Positions 48,739 to 59,250 are shown, counted from the first letter of the stretch. The stretch is DNA of 64,000 nucleotides from Candidatus Rokuibacteriota bacterium (GCA_003220475.1 QHSO01000027.1:530-64529); one strand, 5' to 3'. The notes: generated by a model not told the origin, from the sequence alone. Numbers and translations are program-made.

Positions 48739-50844
48739 ATGACTGACGACGGTCCGCACCGCACCGGAGTAATAGAAGCTGCCGAGCGCCGGTTCCGTGA
48801 TCTCGTGCACGGCGTCGACGCGATCGTCTGGGAGGCCGATGCCGTCTCGCTGGCCTGCACGTTCGTGAGCCAGCGGGCCGAGGAGCTGCTCGGCTATCCC
48901 ATCGAGCGCTGGCTCGGCTCCACCGACATCTGGACGGAGATCATCGATCCGCGCGATCGCGATCGGGTGCTCGCGCGATACGCCGACGCCCTCACCGCCG
49001 AGCGTCCGCTCGAGCACGAGTTCCGCGCGAACACCGCCGACGGCCGCCAGGTCTGGCTGCGCGATCGCGTGCATCCCGCGGAGCGCGGGCGGCTGCGCGG
49101 CCTCATGATCGACGTCACGGAGCACAAGCGCCTGGAGCAGGAGCGGGACGAGCTGCTGCTCCGCGAGCAGGTCGCGCGCAACGAAATGGAGTCGGCCGCC
49201 GAGATGGTGCAGCGGCTGGAGCGGATCACCGAGGCCGCGCTGACGGACCTCTCGCAGGAGACGCTCCTGCGCCGCGTGCTCGAGCGCATCCGTGACGTGC
49301 TGGAGGCCGACATCACGCTGATTCTGCTCCCGACCGAGGACGGGGAATATCTGAGAGTGGTCGGCGCGGTCGGCCTCGAAACCGACGACGACATGCGCGT
49401 GCCGATGGCCGCGAGCCTCAGCGGCCGCATCGCCACCACGCGCCGGGCGCTGCTCGTGGAAGACGCGACGCGCGCCGACGTCGACCTGCCCGCGCTGCGA
49501 CGTGCCCAGGTTCGCTCACTCGTTGGCGTACCGCTCTCGGTCGACGGCCGCATGATCGGCGTCATGCACGCCGCGCGCGTGGCCCGCCGCCGCTTCAGCG
49601 CCGACGATGCGCGCCTGCTCCAGCTGGTCGGCGACCGCCTGGGTATCGCGATCCGCAACGTCCGCCTCTACGAAGCCGAGCGTCGCGCGCGGCTCGCCCT
49701 CGAAGCCGCCGCCCGGCGCGCCGCGTTCCTGGCCGACGCCGTTACGGCACTCGCCGCCGCCGTCGACCCCGCCGACGGCTTGCGCTCCGTGGCACGGCTG
49801 GCGGCGCCGTTGCTCGCCGATTGGTGCGCAGTCGATCTGCGGGATCCTGACGGCGGATTCCGGCGCGTCGCCGTCGTGCATCGCGATCCGGCCGCCGAGG
49901 CGCGCGCGGCGGTACTGCTCGGGCCCGTGGCCGCGCCGACAGCCGTGGGTGTGACGCGCGCGCTCGACACCGGCGCATCCGAGTGGGTCGCCGCCGATGC
50001 CGACGCCGCCGATCTCGTCGTGCGCGGCGAGCCCGACGAGCGCCTCGCCGTGGCGGGCCTGGGTGTCGACGGCTATGTCATCGCCCCCCTCGCCGTCGGC
50101 GGCCGCGTGTTGGGGGCGATCACGTTCGTGGCCGCGCCGGGCCGTAACCTCGGTGAGAGCGAGGCGCGGCTGGCGCAAGATCTCGCACGGCGCGCGGCGC
50201 TCGCCCTGGACGCCGAGCGTCGCCGTGGCCTGACGCGCGAGCTGCTGCAGATGGTCGGCGGCGAATTGCGCGCCCCGCTGGCGTCGCTCGGCCGCGCGTT
50301 GCGCGCGACCGCCGATCCGGCGAAAGCGGGTGCGGTGCGCACCGCGGCGCGGGCGCTGTCGGCGGTTGCCCGCGATGCGCGCGTGGCTGCGCGTTTCGTC
50401 GCCGTCACCCCCGACGCCAACGCACGGCGTGTCGATCTCGGGCACCTCGTGGACGCCGCGGTCAACGCCGTCGCGGACGAGGCGCGTGCCAAAGGCGTCG
50501 ATGTCGAGAGCGCCGTCGAGCGCGACATCGTGGAGGTCACCGGCGATCGTCGCCGTCTACGTCAGGCCGCGCAGCGGTTGCTCGAGACGGCGGTGCGCTC
50601 GACGCCCGCCGGCGGCCGCGTGCGGGCGCGGCTGTCGCGGGCCGGCGCGCACGCGGTGCTCGCGGTCAGCATGGTCGGCGCCAGTGTCGCGCCGACCGTG
50701 GGGCTCCGCTTGAGCGTGGCGCGTCAGCTGGTCGAGTACCACGGCGGGACGCTGACGGCGGTGAGCGAAGGCCCCGGCCCGACGCTGACCGTTTCGCTCC
50801 CACTCGCAGACTGGATCGCTCCCGCTCGCGCGTCCATCTCTTAG
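48739..50844 (+). CDS. PAS-GAF-GAF sensor protein with degenerate histidine-kinase core
   Basis: PAS domain (RFRDLVHGVDAIVWEAD...), two GAF-like regions, then a DHp-like helix and a short HATPase_c-like end (...VEYHGGTL...). The track ORF begins at GTG 48682; ATG 48739 is chosen because TACAAT lies at 48671-48676. Confidence 0.8.
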   Translation: MTDDGPHRTGVIEAAERRFRDLVHGVDAIVWEADAVSLACTFVSQRAEELLGYPIERWLGSTDIWTEIIDPRDRDRVLARYADALTAERPLEHEFRANTADGRQVWLRDRVHPAERGRLRGLMIDVTEHKRLEQERDELLLREQVARNEMESAAEMVQRLERITEAALTDLSQETLLRRVLERIRDVLEADITLILLPTEDGEYLRVVGAVGLETDDDMRVPMAASLSGRIATTRRALLVEDATRADVDLPALRRAQVRSLVGVPLSVDGRMIGVMHAARVARRRFSADDARLLQLVGDRLGIAIRNVRLYEAERRARLALEAAARRAAFLADAVTALAAAVDPADGLRSVARLAAPLLADWCAVDLRDPDGGFRRVAVVHRDPAAEARAAVLLGPVAAPTAVGVTRALDTGASEWVAADADAADLVVRGEPDERLAVAGLGVDGYVIAPLAVGGRVLGAITFVAAPGRNLGESEARLAQDLARRAALALDAERRRGLTRELLQMVGGELRAPLASLGRALRATADPAKAGAVRTAARALSAVARDARVAARFVAVTPDANARRVDLGHLVDAAVNAVADEARAKGVDVESAVERDIVEVTGDRRRLRQAAQRLLETAVRSTPAGGRVRARLSRAGAHAVLAVSMVGASVAPTVGLRLSVARQLVEYHGGTLTAVSEGPGPTLTVSLPLADWIAPARASIS

Positions 50845-51060
50845 CGTCGCGATTCGACGTTAGGTTGGGGGGCCCCGAAATGGCCCCCCAAACCCCCCAG
50901 CGTTCGTCGCGTCCCGGCGAAGCCGGGACGCTCCTCGGTCCTAGCGTCGCGATTCGTCGACTCGAGGTTGGGGGGCCCGAAATGGCCCCCCAAACCCCCC
51001 AGCGTTCGTCGCGTCCCGGCGAAGCCGGGCGCTCCTCGGTCTTCGCGTCAGGATTCGTCC
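50841..51060 (+). repeat. repeat family A, two tandem copies within a ~100-103-bp unit plus a partial third leader
   Basis: The unit is TAGCGTCGCGATTCG...AGGTT followed by GGGGGGCCCCGAAATGGCCCCCCAAACCCCCC...GCGTCCCGGCGAAGCCGGGACGC...CCTCGG. G-runs start at 50867 and 50970. The first unit includes the sensor-gene stop codon. Confidence 0.9.
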
Positions 51061-51099
51061 ACTCTAGCGATGCCGCGGGGCGCGTGCGATCGTCGGCGC

Positions 51100-51585
51100 A
51101 TGCTCGCGTATACGCGCCGCCAGATCGTGCTGCTGTTCGTCGTCGTTGCGGTTGGTGCCGGCGGCCTCGCCATCGATCGCTGGCGTCGCGGCAATCCCGA
51201 CGTCGTCGCCTATCTCGAGTCGCTCGATCGCGCCCCGGCGGCGACGGCGGCCGCGCACGAGCCGGTCGCACAACAACCGCGGCCGCGCACTCGCGCCGAG
51301 CCGCCCACGAGCGCGCCCGTGTCACGCCGGGCGGCGGCGCGCCCCGAGAGCGCGCGCTCGCCGCATGCCCGCGTCGACGACGGCATGCCGCTCGACCTCA
51401 ATCTTGCGAGCGCCGCGGATTTCGCGCGCTTGCCGGGCGTCGGTCGCGCGCTCGCCGCACGCATCGTCGACGTGCGTACGCGCGACGGACCGTTCGGTTC
51501 GGTCGACGATCTCCGGCGCGTGCGCGGCGTCGGCGAGGCCACCCTCGAGCGCCTCAGGCCGCGCCTGGCCGTGAACACGCCGTGA
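51100..51585 (+). CDS. comEA: ComEA-family helix-hairpin-helix DNA-binding protein
   Basis: N-terminal TM helix. C-terminal HhH LNLASAADFARLPGVGRALAARIV...VRGVGEATLERL. 161 aa, or 171 aa from ATG 51070. Confidence 0.8.
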   Translation: MLAYTRRQIVLLFVVVAVGAGGLAIDRWRRGNPDVVAYLESLDRAPAATAAAHEPVAQQPRPRTRAEPPTSAPVSRRAAARPESARSPHARVDDGMPLDLNLASAADFARLPGVGRALAARIVDVRTRDGPFGSVDDLRRVRGVGEATLERLRPRLAVNTP

Positions 51586-53864
51586 CCTCGGGCGCGACTG
51601 AAACGAGTCGGCTCGCGATGCCGCTGGCGCCGCCGGCGCTGGCGTTTGCGGTTGGCATCGCGCTCGCCCCGTGGATGGCGCCGCGCGCCGCGTGGGCGCT
51701 GCTGGCGGCGGCGCTCGCCGCGGGCGTCGTGGTGCTCGCGCTCGGTCAGGCGGCGCACGCACTCGCCCCGCTGCTCGCCGCGGTGGCGATGCTGGGCGTG
51801 CTGCGCGCGGAGCCGCCGCCGCTGCCGCCCGAGCACGTCGGCCGGCTGCCGCTACCGCTCACCGCGCGTCTCGAGGCGCGGCTCGACGGGGAGCCGATCG
51901 TCTGGGCGGCGGATCGGGCGCGGCTCGTCCTCGATGTCGAGCGCGTCGACGGCGTTGTGCGCACCGGCCGCGTGGCGCTGACCGTCTACGGTCCGCCGCC
52001 GTCACTGGCCGACGGTCAGCGCATCGCCGTCGAGGCGCGACTCGACCGGCCCGTCGGCTTCCGGGATCCAGGCGTGTTCGACGCGACGGTGCGGATGGCG
52101 CGCGAGGGCGTCTTCGTGATGGGCAGCGCGCCGTCCACGCGCGTCGTCCCACTCGAGCCGGCGGCGCCGTCATGGCCGGCGCGCGTGCGCCGCTTCGCGC
52201 TGGCCGCGTTCGCCGAGCGGCTGCCGCCGGTGTCGGCCGGACTGCTGAGCGGGCTCGTGCTCGGCAGCCGGACCGCGCTGCCGGCGGACGTACAGGACGC
52301 CTTCCGCGGCGCCGGCGTCTTTCACGTCCTCGCCGTCTCCGGATTCAACGTGGCGTTGCTCGCGGCCGCCGTGTGGACGGTGACCCGCGCCGCCGGCGGC
52401 GGACGGCGCGCGGCCGCGGCCGCGGGAATCATCGCGGTGCTCGGTTTCGCCGCCGTCGTGGGCCCCGAGCCGTCCGTCGTCCGCGCGACGATCATGGCCG
52501 TGCTCGTGCTGGCCGCCGTTCTCCTCGACCGCGAGGCGTCCGTTACGAACGGCCTCGCGCTCGCAGCGGTGGCGATCCTCGCGGCGCGCCCGGCCGACCT
52601 TTTCGATCCGGGCTTCCAGCTCTCTTTCGCGGCCACGGCCGGCATTGTCGCGGCGCCGATGCCACGCAACGGGCTCGCGGCCGCGCTCGCCGTCAGTCTC
52701 GCCGCGCAGCTCGCGGTCTTGCCCGTGACGCTCGTGCACTTCAATCAGGTCTCGACCGTGGGCATCATCGCCAATCTTGCCGCGGTCCCGCTCGCCGCCG
52801 GCGCCACCGTGCTCGGTCTGCTCGCCGTGGTCGCGGCGGCCGCCGCCGACGTGGCGGCTGCGGCCGTCTTCGGCGCCGTCTGGCCACTGCTACTCCTGCT
52901 CCGCGCGGTCGCCGCGCTGGCGGCGGCGGTGCCAGGGGCGGTGATTCACCTGCCGGCGCCCGGCCCGGCGGCCATCGTCGCGTACGTCGGCGCCCTCGGC
53001 TGCGGGCTCGTGGCGTGGCACCAGCGTGCGCGTCGCGGTCGGTGCGCGGCGCTCGGCGGCGGCGCCGCGGTGGCGATGCTGACCGCCGTCGTGCTGGCCG
53101 CGCTGCCGATGCTCACACGCGGCGACGGCAAGCTACGCATCGCGGTGCTGGACGTCGGCCAGGGCGACGCGATCGTCGTCGAGGCGCCCGACGGGCGTGC
53201 CGTGGTCGTCGATGCCGGCGCCGGCGGGCCGTGGCGGCTCGACGCAGGCGAGCGCGCCGTCGCGCCGTTTCTGTGGAATCGCGGCGTGCTGAGGCTGCAC
53301 GCGACGCTGACGACACATTCCGATATCGACCATGCGGGCGGGATGGCCGCACTTCGCCGTCTGTTCCGGCCCGCGGAGACGTGGGACGACGTGGCGGGCG
53401 CCCGCACGCTCGGCGGCGTCCTGCTCACGTCGATGGCGCCCGACGTTCCCGGTGGTCGCCGCAACGACCGCGCGACCGTGCTCCGCATCGAGCTGGGGCT
53501 CGCGAGCGTGCTGCTCGCCTCCGACGTCGAGGCCGCCGGCGAGCGGGCGCTGCTCGCGGCGAACGTTCCGCTCGGCGCGACGGTGCTGAAGGTCGGCCAT
53601 CACGGGGCGGCGGGATCGACGACGCTGCCATTTCTCGCCGCCGTGCGGCCAGCGGTGGCCATCGTCTCCGTCGGCGCGCGCAATCCCTACGGTCATCCCG
53701 ACGCCGGCACGCTCGCGCGCCTGGCGGCGGTCGGCGCACGCGTCTATCGCACCGACCGCGACGGCGCGGTGCTCATGGAGACCGACGGGCGGACGCTCAC
53801 GGTGATGCGCTGGCGCGACCGATCCGTCGAGCGCGTGTGTCTCGACCCCGAGACGATCTGCTAG
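51582..53864 (+). CDS. comEC: DNA internalization-related competence protein ComEC/Rec2
   Basis: GTG in a GTGA overlap with comEA. Competence TM domain and C-terminal metallo-beta-lactamase motif TLTTHSDIDHAGG. 760 aa. Confidence 0.9.
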   Translation: MTSGATETSRLAMPLAPPALAFAVGIALAPWMAPRAAWALLAAALAAGVVVLALGQAAHALAPLLAAVAMLGVLRAEPPPLPPEHVGRLPLPLTARLEARLDGEPIVWAADRARLVLDVERVDGVVRTGRVALTVYGPPPSLADGQRIAVEARLDRPVGFRDPGVFDATVRMAREGVFVMGSAPSTRVVPLEPAAPSWPARVRRFALAAFAERLPPVSAGLLSGLVLGSRTALPADVQDAFRGAGVFHVLAVSGFNVALLAAAVWTVTRAAGGGRRAAAAAGIIAVLGFAAVVGPEPSVVRATIMAVLVLAAVLLDREASVTNGLALAAVAILAARPADLFDPGFQLSFAATAGIVAAPMPRNGLAAALAVSLAAQLAVLPVTLVHFNQVSTVGIIANLAAVPLAAGATVLGLLAVVAAAAADVAAAAVFGAVWPLLLLLRAVAALAAAVPGAVIHLPAPGPAAIVAYVGALGCGLVAWHQRARRGRCAALGGGAAVAMLTAVVLAALPMLTRGDGKLRIAVLDVGQGDAIVVEAPDGRAVVVDAGAGGPWRLDAGERAVAPFLWNRGVLRLHATLTTHSDIDHAGGMAALRRLFRPAETWDDVAGARTLGGVLLTSMAPDVPGGRRNDRATVLRIELGLASVLLASDVEAAGERALLAANVPLGATVLKVGHHGAAGSTTLPFLAAVRPAVAIVSVGARNPYGHPDAGTLARLAAVGARVYRTDRDGAVLMETDGRTLTVMRWRDRSVERVCLDPETIC

Positions 53865-53876
53865 AATTCGTGGGCC

Positions 53877-55112
53877 ATGGCGAGGATCAACGACAACTAT
53901 CTGCGGCTCAAGAGCGGTTATCTGTTCAGCGAGATCGCGCGGCGCGTGAAGGAATTCCAGGCGGCGCATTCCGACGCGAAGCTGATCCGGCTCGGCATCG
54001 GCGACGCGACGCGGCCGCTGCCGCCGGCGATCGTGCAGGCGCTGCACGCGGCCGTCGACGAGATGGGGCGCGCCGAGACGTTCCGCGGTTACGGCCCCGA
54101 GACGGGCTACGACTTCCTCACCGAGCTCATCGCGAAGCATGAGTACGGCGCGCGCGGCGTGACGATCGCGCCCGACGAGATCTTCGTCAGCGATGGCAGC
54201 AAGAGTGACGCGGCGAACTTCCAGGAGCTCTTCAGCCCCGACGCCGTCGTCGCGCTGACCGATCCGGTCTATCCGGTCTATCTCGACAGCAACGTGATGG
54301 CGGGCCGTGCCGGCGCGCCCGACGCGCGTGGCGGATACGAGCGCATCGTCTATCTGCCGTGCACCGCGGAAAACGGTTTCGATCCGCCGCTGCCCGACCG
54401 TCCCGCCGACATGGTCTATCTCTGCTTTCCGAACAATCCGACCGGCGCCGTGCTCGACCGCGGCGCCCTCAAGCGCTGGGTGGACTGGGCGCGCGACGCC
54501 GGCGCCGTGCTCCTCTACGACGCCGCATACGAGAGCTACATCCAGGATCCGGACATTCCGCACTCGATCTACGAGGTCCCGGGCGCGCGGCAGGTCGCGG
54601 TCGAGTTCCGCTCGTACTCGAAGACGGCCGGCTTCACCGGCACGCGCTGCGCGTACACCGTGGTGCCGCGCGACGTGACCGCGCGGTCATCCAGCGGCGA
54701 AGGGGTGGCGCTGCACGGGCTGTGGTTCCGTCGTCAATCGACCAAGTTCAACGGCGCGCCCTACGTCATCCAGCGCGCGGCGGCGGCGGTCTACACGCCC
54801 GAGGCCCAGAAGCAGGTCCGCGCGGTGATCGACTTCTATATGGAGAACGCCCGGCTGATCCGCGAGGGGCTCGAGGCCGCGGGGCTCAGCGTGTACGGCG
54901 GTCGCAACGCGCCATACATCTGGGTCAAGACGCCGGCGGGACTCGACTCGTGGGGATTTTTCGACAAGCTGCTCAACGAGGCGCACGTCGTGGGCACGCC
55001 GGGCGCGGGCTTCGGGCGCAGCGGCGAGGGCTACTTCCGGCTCACGGGCTTCGGCGACCGCGCCTCGACCGAAGAGGCCGTCGCCCGCATCAAGTCGCGT
55101 CTGAAGCGCTGA
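53877..55112 (+). CDS. dapL: LL-diaminopimelate aminotransferase
   Basis: Starts [27 protein letters not shown]-lysine context [13 protein letters not shown]. 411 aa. Confidence 0.9.
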   Translation: MARINDNYLRLKSGYLFSEIARRVKEFQAAHSDAKLIRLGIGDATRPLPPAIVQALHAAVDEMGRAETFRGYGPETGYDFLTELIAKHEYGARGVTIAPDEIFVSDGSKSDAANFQELFSPDAVVALTDPVYPVYLDSNVMAGRAGAPDARGGYERIVYLPCTAENGFDPPLPDRPADMVYLCFPNNPTGAVLDRGALKRWVDWARDAGAVLLYDAAYESYIQDPDIPHSIYEVPGARQVAVEFRSYSKTAGFTGTRCAYTVVPRDVTARSSSGEGVALHGLWFRRQSTKFNGAPYVIQRAAAAVYTPEAQKQVRAVIDFYMENARLIREGLEAAGLSVYGGRNAPYIWVKTPAGLDSWGFFDKLLNEAHVVGTPGAGFGRSGEGYFRLTGFGDRASTEEAVARIKSRLKR

Positions 55113-55164
55113 CGGCTGGGCGGGGCGCCGGCGAGGCCTCCGCCGGCGTCGCGATCAGACGCGG

Positions 55165-56169
55165 CTAGCTCTCGTACGCGCGCTCGTACTGCGAGCGCAG
55201 CCGCTCCAACTCCTCCGGGTCCAGCCGCATGCCGAGCGACAGCCCCATCTCGCCCAGGATGGTCTTGATCTCGTTCAGCGACTTCTTGCCGAAGTTCTTC
55301 GTCTTGAGCAGCTCGGCCTCGGTCTTCTGCACGAGATCGGCGATCGTCCGGATGTTGGCCGTCTTGAGGCAGTTCGACGCGCGCACCGAGAGCTCGAGCT
55401 CGTCGACGTTGCGGAAGAGATTGTCGTTGAGCTCGGCGCCGGGCCGCGTCTCCGCGTGGTCGGCATCGTCCTCCTGCGTCGTCGTCTCCGGAAAGTCGGT
55501 CAGGAGATTGAAGTGGTCCTGCAGGATGCGCGAGGCCTCGCCCACCGCCGCCTGCGGCGCCACACTGCCGTCGGTCCACACCTCGAGCGCGAGGCGCTCA
55601 CGCGGCGCGCCGTCCGCCGTCTCGCTGCCCGGCACCGGCTCCACGTGAAAGTTCACGCGCTTGATGGGCGAGAAGTCCGAGTCGAGCAGGATCGCGTTGA
55701 TCGGCAGGGCCTCGGGCTCCCGTTTCTCGGCCGACTGGTAGCCGCGCCCGCGCTCGATGCATACCTCCATCTCGAGCACGCCGTCCTTGTCGAGCGTGGC
55801 CAGCACCACGTCCGGCGTCAGGATCTGCACGTCGGCGTCGGGCTCGAAGTCACCGGCCTTCACCACGCGCGTGCCCTGCGCCTTCAGCCGCAAGATCTTG
55901 GGCCGGTTCACGTTGAGCGCGAACACGACCTTGCGGAGGTTCATCATGATGTCGAGGGTGTCTTCCTGCACGCCGGGCAGATGCGAGAACTCGTGCAGCA
56001 CGTTCTCGATCTTCACCCAGGTCGGGGCGGCGCCGTGGATCGCGGAGAGCAAGGCGCGGCGATAAGCGATGCCGACGGTGAGCGCGAAGCCCGGCTCGAA
56101 CGTATCGATGGCGATCTTGCCGTAGGCGGTGTCGGACCCGCTCCAGTCCCGCGGTAGACTCGAAGAATC
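55165..56169 (-). CDS. rpoA: DNA-directed RNA polymerase alpha subunit, start codon unresolved
   Basis: N-terminal domain ([47 protein letters not shown]) and a canonical alpha-CTD ([21 protein letters not shown]...[12 protein letters not shown]). No in-frame ATG/GTG/TTG near the N-terminus. No flanking ribosomal protein genes. Confidence 0.8.
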   Translation of the reverse strand, partial: DSSSLPRDWSGSDTAYGKIAIDTFEPGFALTVGIAYRRALLSAIHGAAPTWVKIENVLHEFSHLPGVQEDTLDIMMNLRKVVFALNVNRPKILRLKAQGTRVVKAGDFEPDADVQILTPDVVLATLDKDGVLEMEVCIERGRGYQSAEKREPEALPINAILLDSDFSPIKRVNFHVEPVPGSETADGAPRERLALEVWTDGSVAPQAAVGEASRILQDHFNLLTDFPETTTQEDDADHAETRPGAELNDNLFRNVDELELSVRASNCLKTANIRTIADLVQKTEAELLKTKNFGKKSLNEIKTILGEMGLSLGMRLDPEELERLRSQYERAYES

Positions 56170-57165
56170 ATGCGCCTGCGATGGCTCGTCGTCGCGCTCG
56201 CCCTCGCGACCGCCGGTTTCGCCTGGCTCGTGCTGACCCCGTCGGCGGCCGTGCGCCAGGGGCCGCTCATGGTCACGATCCCGCCTCACGAGGGACTGCT
56301 GGGCATCGCCGACCGCCTGGCGCGAGCCCAGGTGATCCGCAGCCGGCCCGCGTTCGTCGTGGCCGCGCTGGTGCGCGGCGTGCCGCGCAGCCTGAAGGCC
56401 GGCGAGTACGAGATCCCGCGCGATGCCACCACCCTGGACATCGTGGTGCTGCTGGAGAGCGGTCGGGTGCGCCAGCACGCCATCCTGCATCCCGAGGGCG
56501 CGACGGTGGCCGAGCTGGCGCGGGCGCTGGAGGCGGAGAATCTGGCGAGCGCCGACGCGGTCGCGCGGGCCGCCATGGACCGCAAGTTCCTCGACGCCAA
56601 CGGCATCGAGGCGGCCAGCGTGGAAGGCTACCTCTTCCCCGACACCTATCAGTTCGTTCGCGGGATGACGCCGGAGGAGATCCTCGGCAAGATGGCGCAG
56701 CGCATGCGCGCGAAGCTCACCCCCGAGATCCACGGCCGCGCGCGCGAGCTCGGGCTCAGCATGCACCAGCTGCTCACGCTCGCCTCGATCATCGAGCGCG
56801 AGGCGATCGTCAAGGACGAGCAGCGTCTGATCGCGGCCGTGTTCTGGAACCGGATGAAGATCGGCATGCCGCTGCAGGCCGATCCCACCGTGCAGTACGC
56901 GGTGGCCAAAGAGCGACGCGCGCTCAGCCGCGCGGACCTCGCCGTCGATCATCCGTACAACACGTACGTGCGTCCGGGGCTGCCGCCGGGACCGATCGCC
57001 AGTCCCGGGCTCGACGCGATTCACGCCGCGCTCGAGCCGGCGCCGGTCAAGTACCTCTACTTCGTCGCGCGCGACGATCGCCGCCACCACTTCTCGACGA
57101 CCATGCAGGAGCACAACTCCGCGGTCACGCGTTACCGGCTCTCGCGCCGTCTCTCGCGTCGCTAG
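56170..57165 (+). CDS. mltG: endolytic murein transglycosylase MltG (YceG-like)
   Basis: N-terminal TM helix, EGYLFPDTY motif and LASIIEREA. 331 aa. Confidence 0.9.
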   Translation: MRLRWLVVALALATAGFAWLVLTPSAAVRQGPLMVTIPPHEGLLGIADRLARAQVIRSRPAFVVAALVRGVPRSLKAGEYEIPRDATTLDIVVLLESGRVRQHAILHPEGATVAELARALEAENLASADAVARAAMDRKFLDANGIEAASVEGYLFPDTYQFVRGMTPEEILGKMAQRMRAKLTPEIHGRARELGLSMHQLLTLASIIEREAIVKDEQRLIAAVFWNRMKIGMPLQADPTVQYAVAKERRALSRADLAVDHPYNTYVRPGLPPGPIASPGLDAIHAALEPAPVKYLYFVARDDRRHHFSTTMQEHNSAVTRYRLSRRLSRR

Positions 57166-57208
57166 TCGGCGGTAGAACGGCCTCGGGGAGCGTGCTATAA
57201 ATCCCGCA

Positions 57209-57877
57209 ATGTCGCGCTCGACCGCGCTGCCCGCCAGCCCCCGCGTCGGCCGCGTGTGGTCCGAGTTTCCCTTCCTCTACCGTGCGCTGCGAGCGCCCGT
57301 GCGCGGCGTGCTCGCGCGGTGGTTCGGCCTGCACGTGGAGGGCACCGAGCACCTTCCCGACCGGGGCCCCTATCTCGTGGCGGCGAATCATCACAACTAC
57401 CTCGACGCCATCGTGCTCGGCGTGAGTGTCCCGGCCCCCATCGCGTTCCTCGTCATGCCACGCGTCTGGCGTGCGACGCCGCTGCATCCGGCCTTTCATC
57501 GGCACGTCGGCTCCATTCCGCTGCAGGTCGATCGTGCCGACGTCGGCGCGCTGCGCCGCGCCCTGGCCGCCCTCGAGCGGGGGCGCGTCGTCGGCATTTT
57601 TCCCGAAGGGCCCTTCAGCGTGCGCGGCCGGCTCGAGCGCGGGCTGCCCGGCGTCGCTCTGCTGGCGCTCCGCTCAGGCGCGCCGGTGGTGCCGGTGGGG
57701 ATCCAGGGCACGTGGGAAGCGCTGCGCGCCCGCCGCTTCTATATCCCGCGTCCGACACCGATCACCGTGCGCTTCGGTCGTCCTCGACGGTTTTCGTCCA
57801 ACGGCGGCTCGGCGCGCGCCGCCCGGCGCGACGTGACCGAGCACATCATGGCCGACATCGCCGCCCTGCTGCCGTGA
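57209..57877 (+). CDS. plsC: 1-acyl-sn-glycerol-3-phosphate acyltransferase family protein
   Basis: HX4D motif NHHNYLD and the FPEG motif. 222 aa. Confidence 0.8.
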   Translation: MSRSTALPASPRVGRVWSEFPFLYRALRAPVRGVLARWFGLHVEGTEHLPDRGPYLVAANHHNYLDAIVLGVSVPAPIAFLVMPRVWRATPLHPAFHRHVGSIPLQVDRADVGALRRALAALERGRVVGIFPEGPFSVRGRLERGLPGVALLALRSGAPVVPVGIQGTWEALRARRFYIPRPTPITVRFGRPRRFSSNGGSARAARRDVTEHIMADIAALLP

Positions 57878-59246
57878 GTAAGACCTGGGGCGGCCGGTTC
57901 TCGCAAGGGACCGACGCCGCCGCCGAGCGGTTCACGGCCTCCCTCGCCTTCGATCGTCGGCTCTGGCCGCAGGACGTCGCCGGCAGCATCGCGTGGACGC
58001 GCGCGCTGGCGCGGGCGCGCGTGCTGACCGACGCTGAGCGCGACGCGATCGTGAAAGGGCTCGAGGCCGTGCGCGGCGAGCTCGAGGCCGGCACGTTTTC
58101 GTTTCGGCCGGAGCTCGAGGACATCCACACCAACATCGAGCGTCGGCTCGTGGAGCTGATCGGCGAGGTGGGCGGCAAGCTCCACACCGGACGCTCACGC
58201 AACGATCAGATCGCGCTGGACGAGCGGATGTACCTCAAGGACGCGGTCGCGCGGGCTCGCGACGGCCTGCGCGCCGTGCAGGCAGCGCTCGTCGCGCGCG
58301 CGGGCGAGACGTCGGCGGCGCCGATGCCCGGCTACACGCACCTGCAGCGCGCGCAGCCGATCGTGCTCGCGCACCACCTGCTCGCCTACGTCTTCATGCT
58401 CGAGCGCGATCGCGAGCGGCTCGCCGGCTGCGCGGCCCGCGCCGACCGACTGCCACTCGGAGCCGCCGCGCTGGCCGGCACGGCGTTCCCGATCGATCGC
58501 GAGGCGCTCGCGCGCGAGCTGGGATTCGGCGGCGTGACGTCGAACAGCCTCGACGCGGTGAGCGACCGCGACTACGTCCTCGAATACCTGGCGGCCGCGG
58601 CCATCACAGGCATGCACTTCTCGCGTCTGGCCGCCGATCTCACGCTGTGGGCGACCGCGGAATTCGGGTTCGTCGAGTTCTCCGATGCGTTCGCCACCGG
58701 CTCGTCGATCATGCCGCAGAAGAAGAATCCCGACGTGGCCGAGCTCGTGCGCGGCAAGAGCGGGCGCCTGTACGGCAATCTCGTCGCGGTCCTCACGACG
58801 ATGAAAGGCCTGCCCCTCGCGTACAACTCCGACATGCAGGAGGACAAGCAGCCGTTCTTCGACTCGGTGGACACGCTCGAGGCGGTCCTCGGCGTGCTGC
58901 CTCCGCTGCTGGCCTCGCTGACGTTTCGCACGGAGCGCATGCGCGCCGCCGCGGGCGAGCACTACGCGACGGCCACCGACCTCGCCGATTACCTCGTCCG
59001 CAAGGGGCTGCCGTTCAGGCAGGCGCACGAGATCGTCGGCAAGATCGTGCGCTTGGCACTGGAGCGCGGCGTGGCGCTCGAGGCGCTGCCGCTCGATGCA
59101 CTTCGCGGCTTCTCGCCGCTCATCGAGGCCGACGTCCTCGAGGCGCTGACGGTCGACGCATCGCTCAGGGCGCGGGCCGTGACAGGCGGCACCGCGCCCG
59201 CCGCCGTCGCCCGGGCGCTGGCCGAGGCGCGCGCCCTCCTGGGCTC

Positions 59247-59250
<4 letters not shown>
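57874..59250 (+). CDS. argH: argininosuccinate lyase
   Basis: GTG in a GTGA overlap. Starts SKTWGGRFS. Signature GSSIMPQKKNPD. 458 aa. Confidence 0.95.

Noticed and set aside
50841-51060. CRISPR array interpretation of the tandem repeats at 11.7, 50.9 and 62.5 kb.
   Set aside because: Each locus has only two units, the inter-repeat sequence is itself duplicated (no unique spacers), the unit lengths are 74-103 bp, and there are no cas genes.
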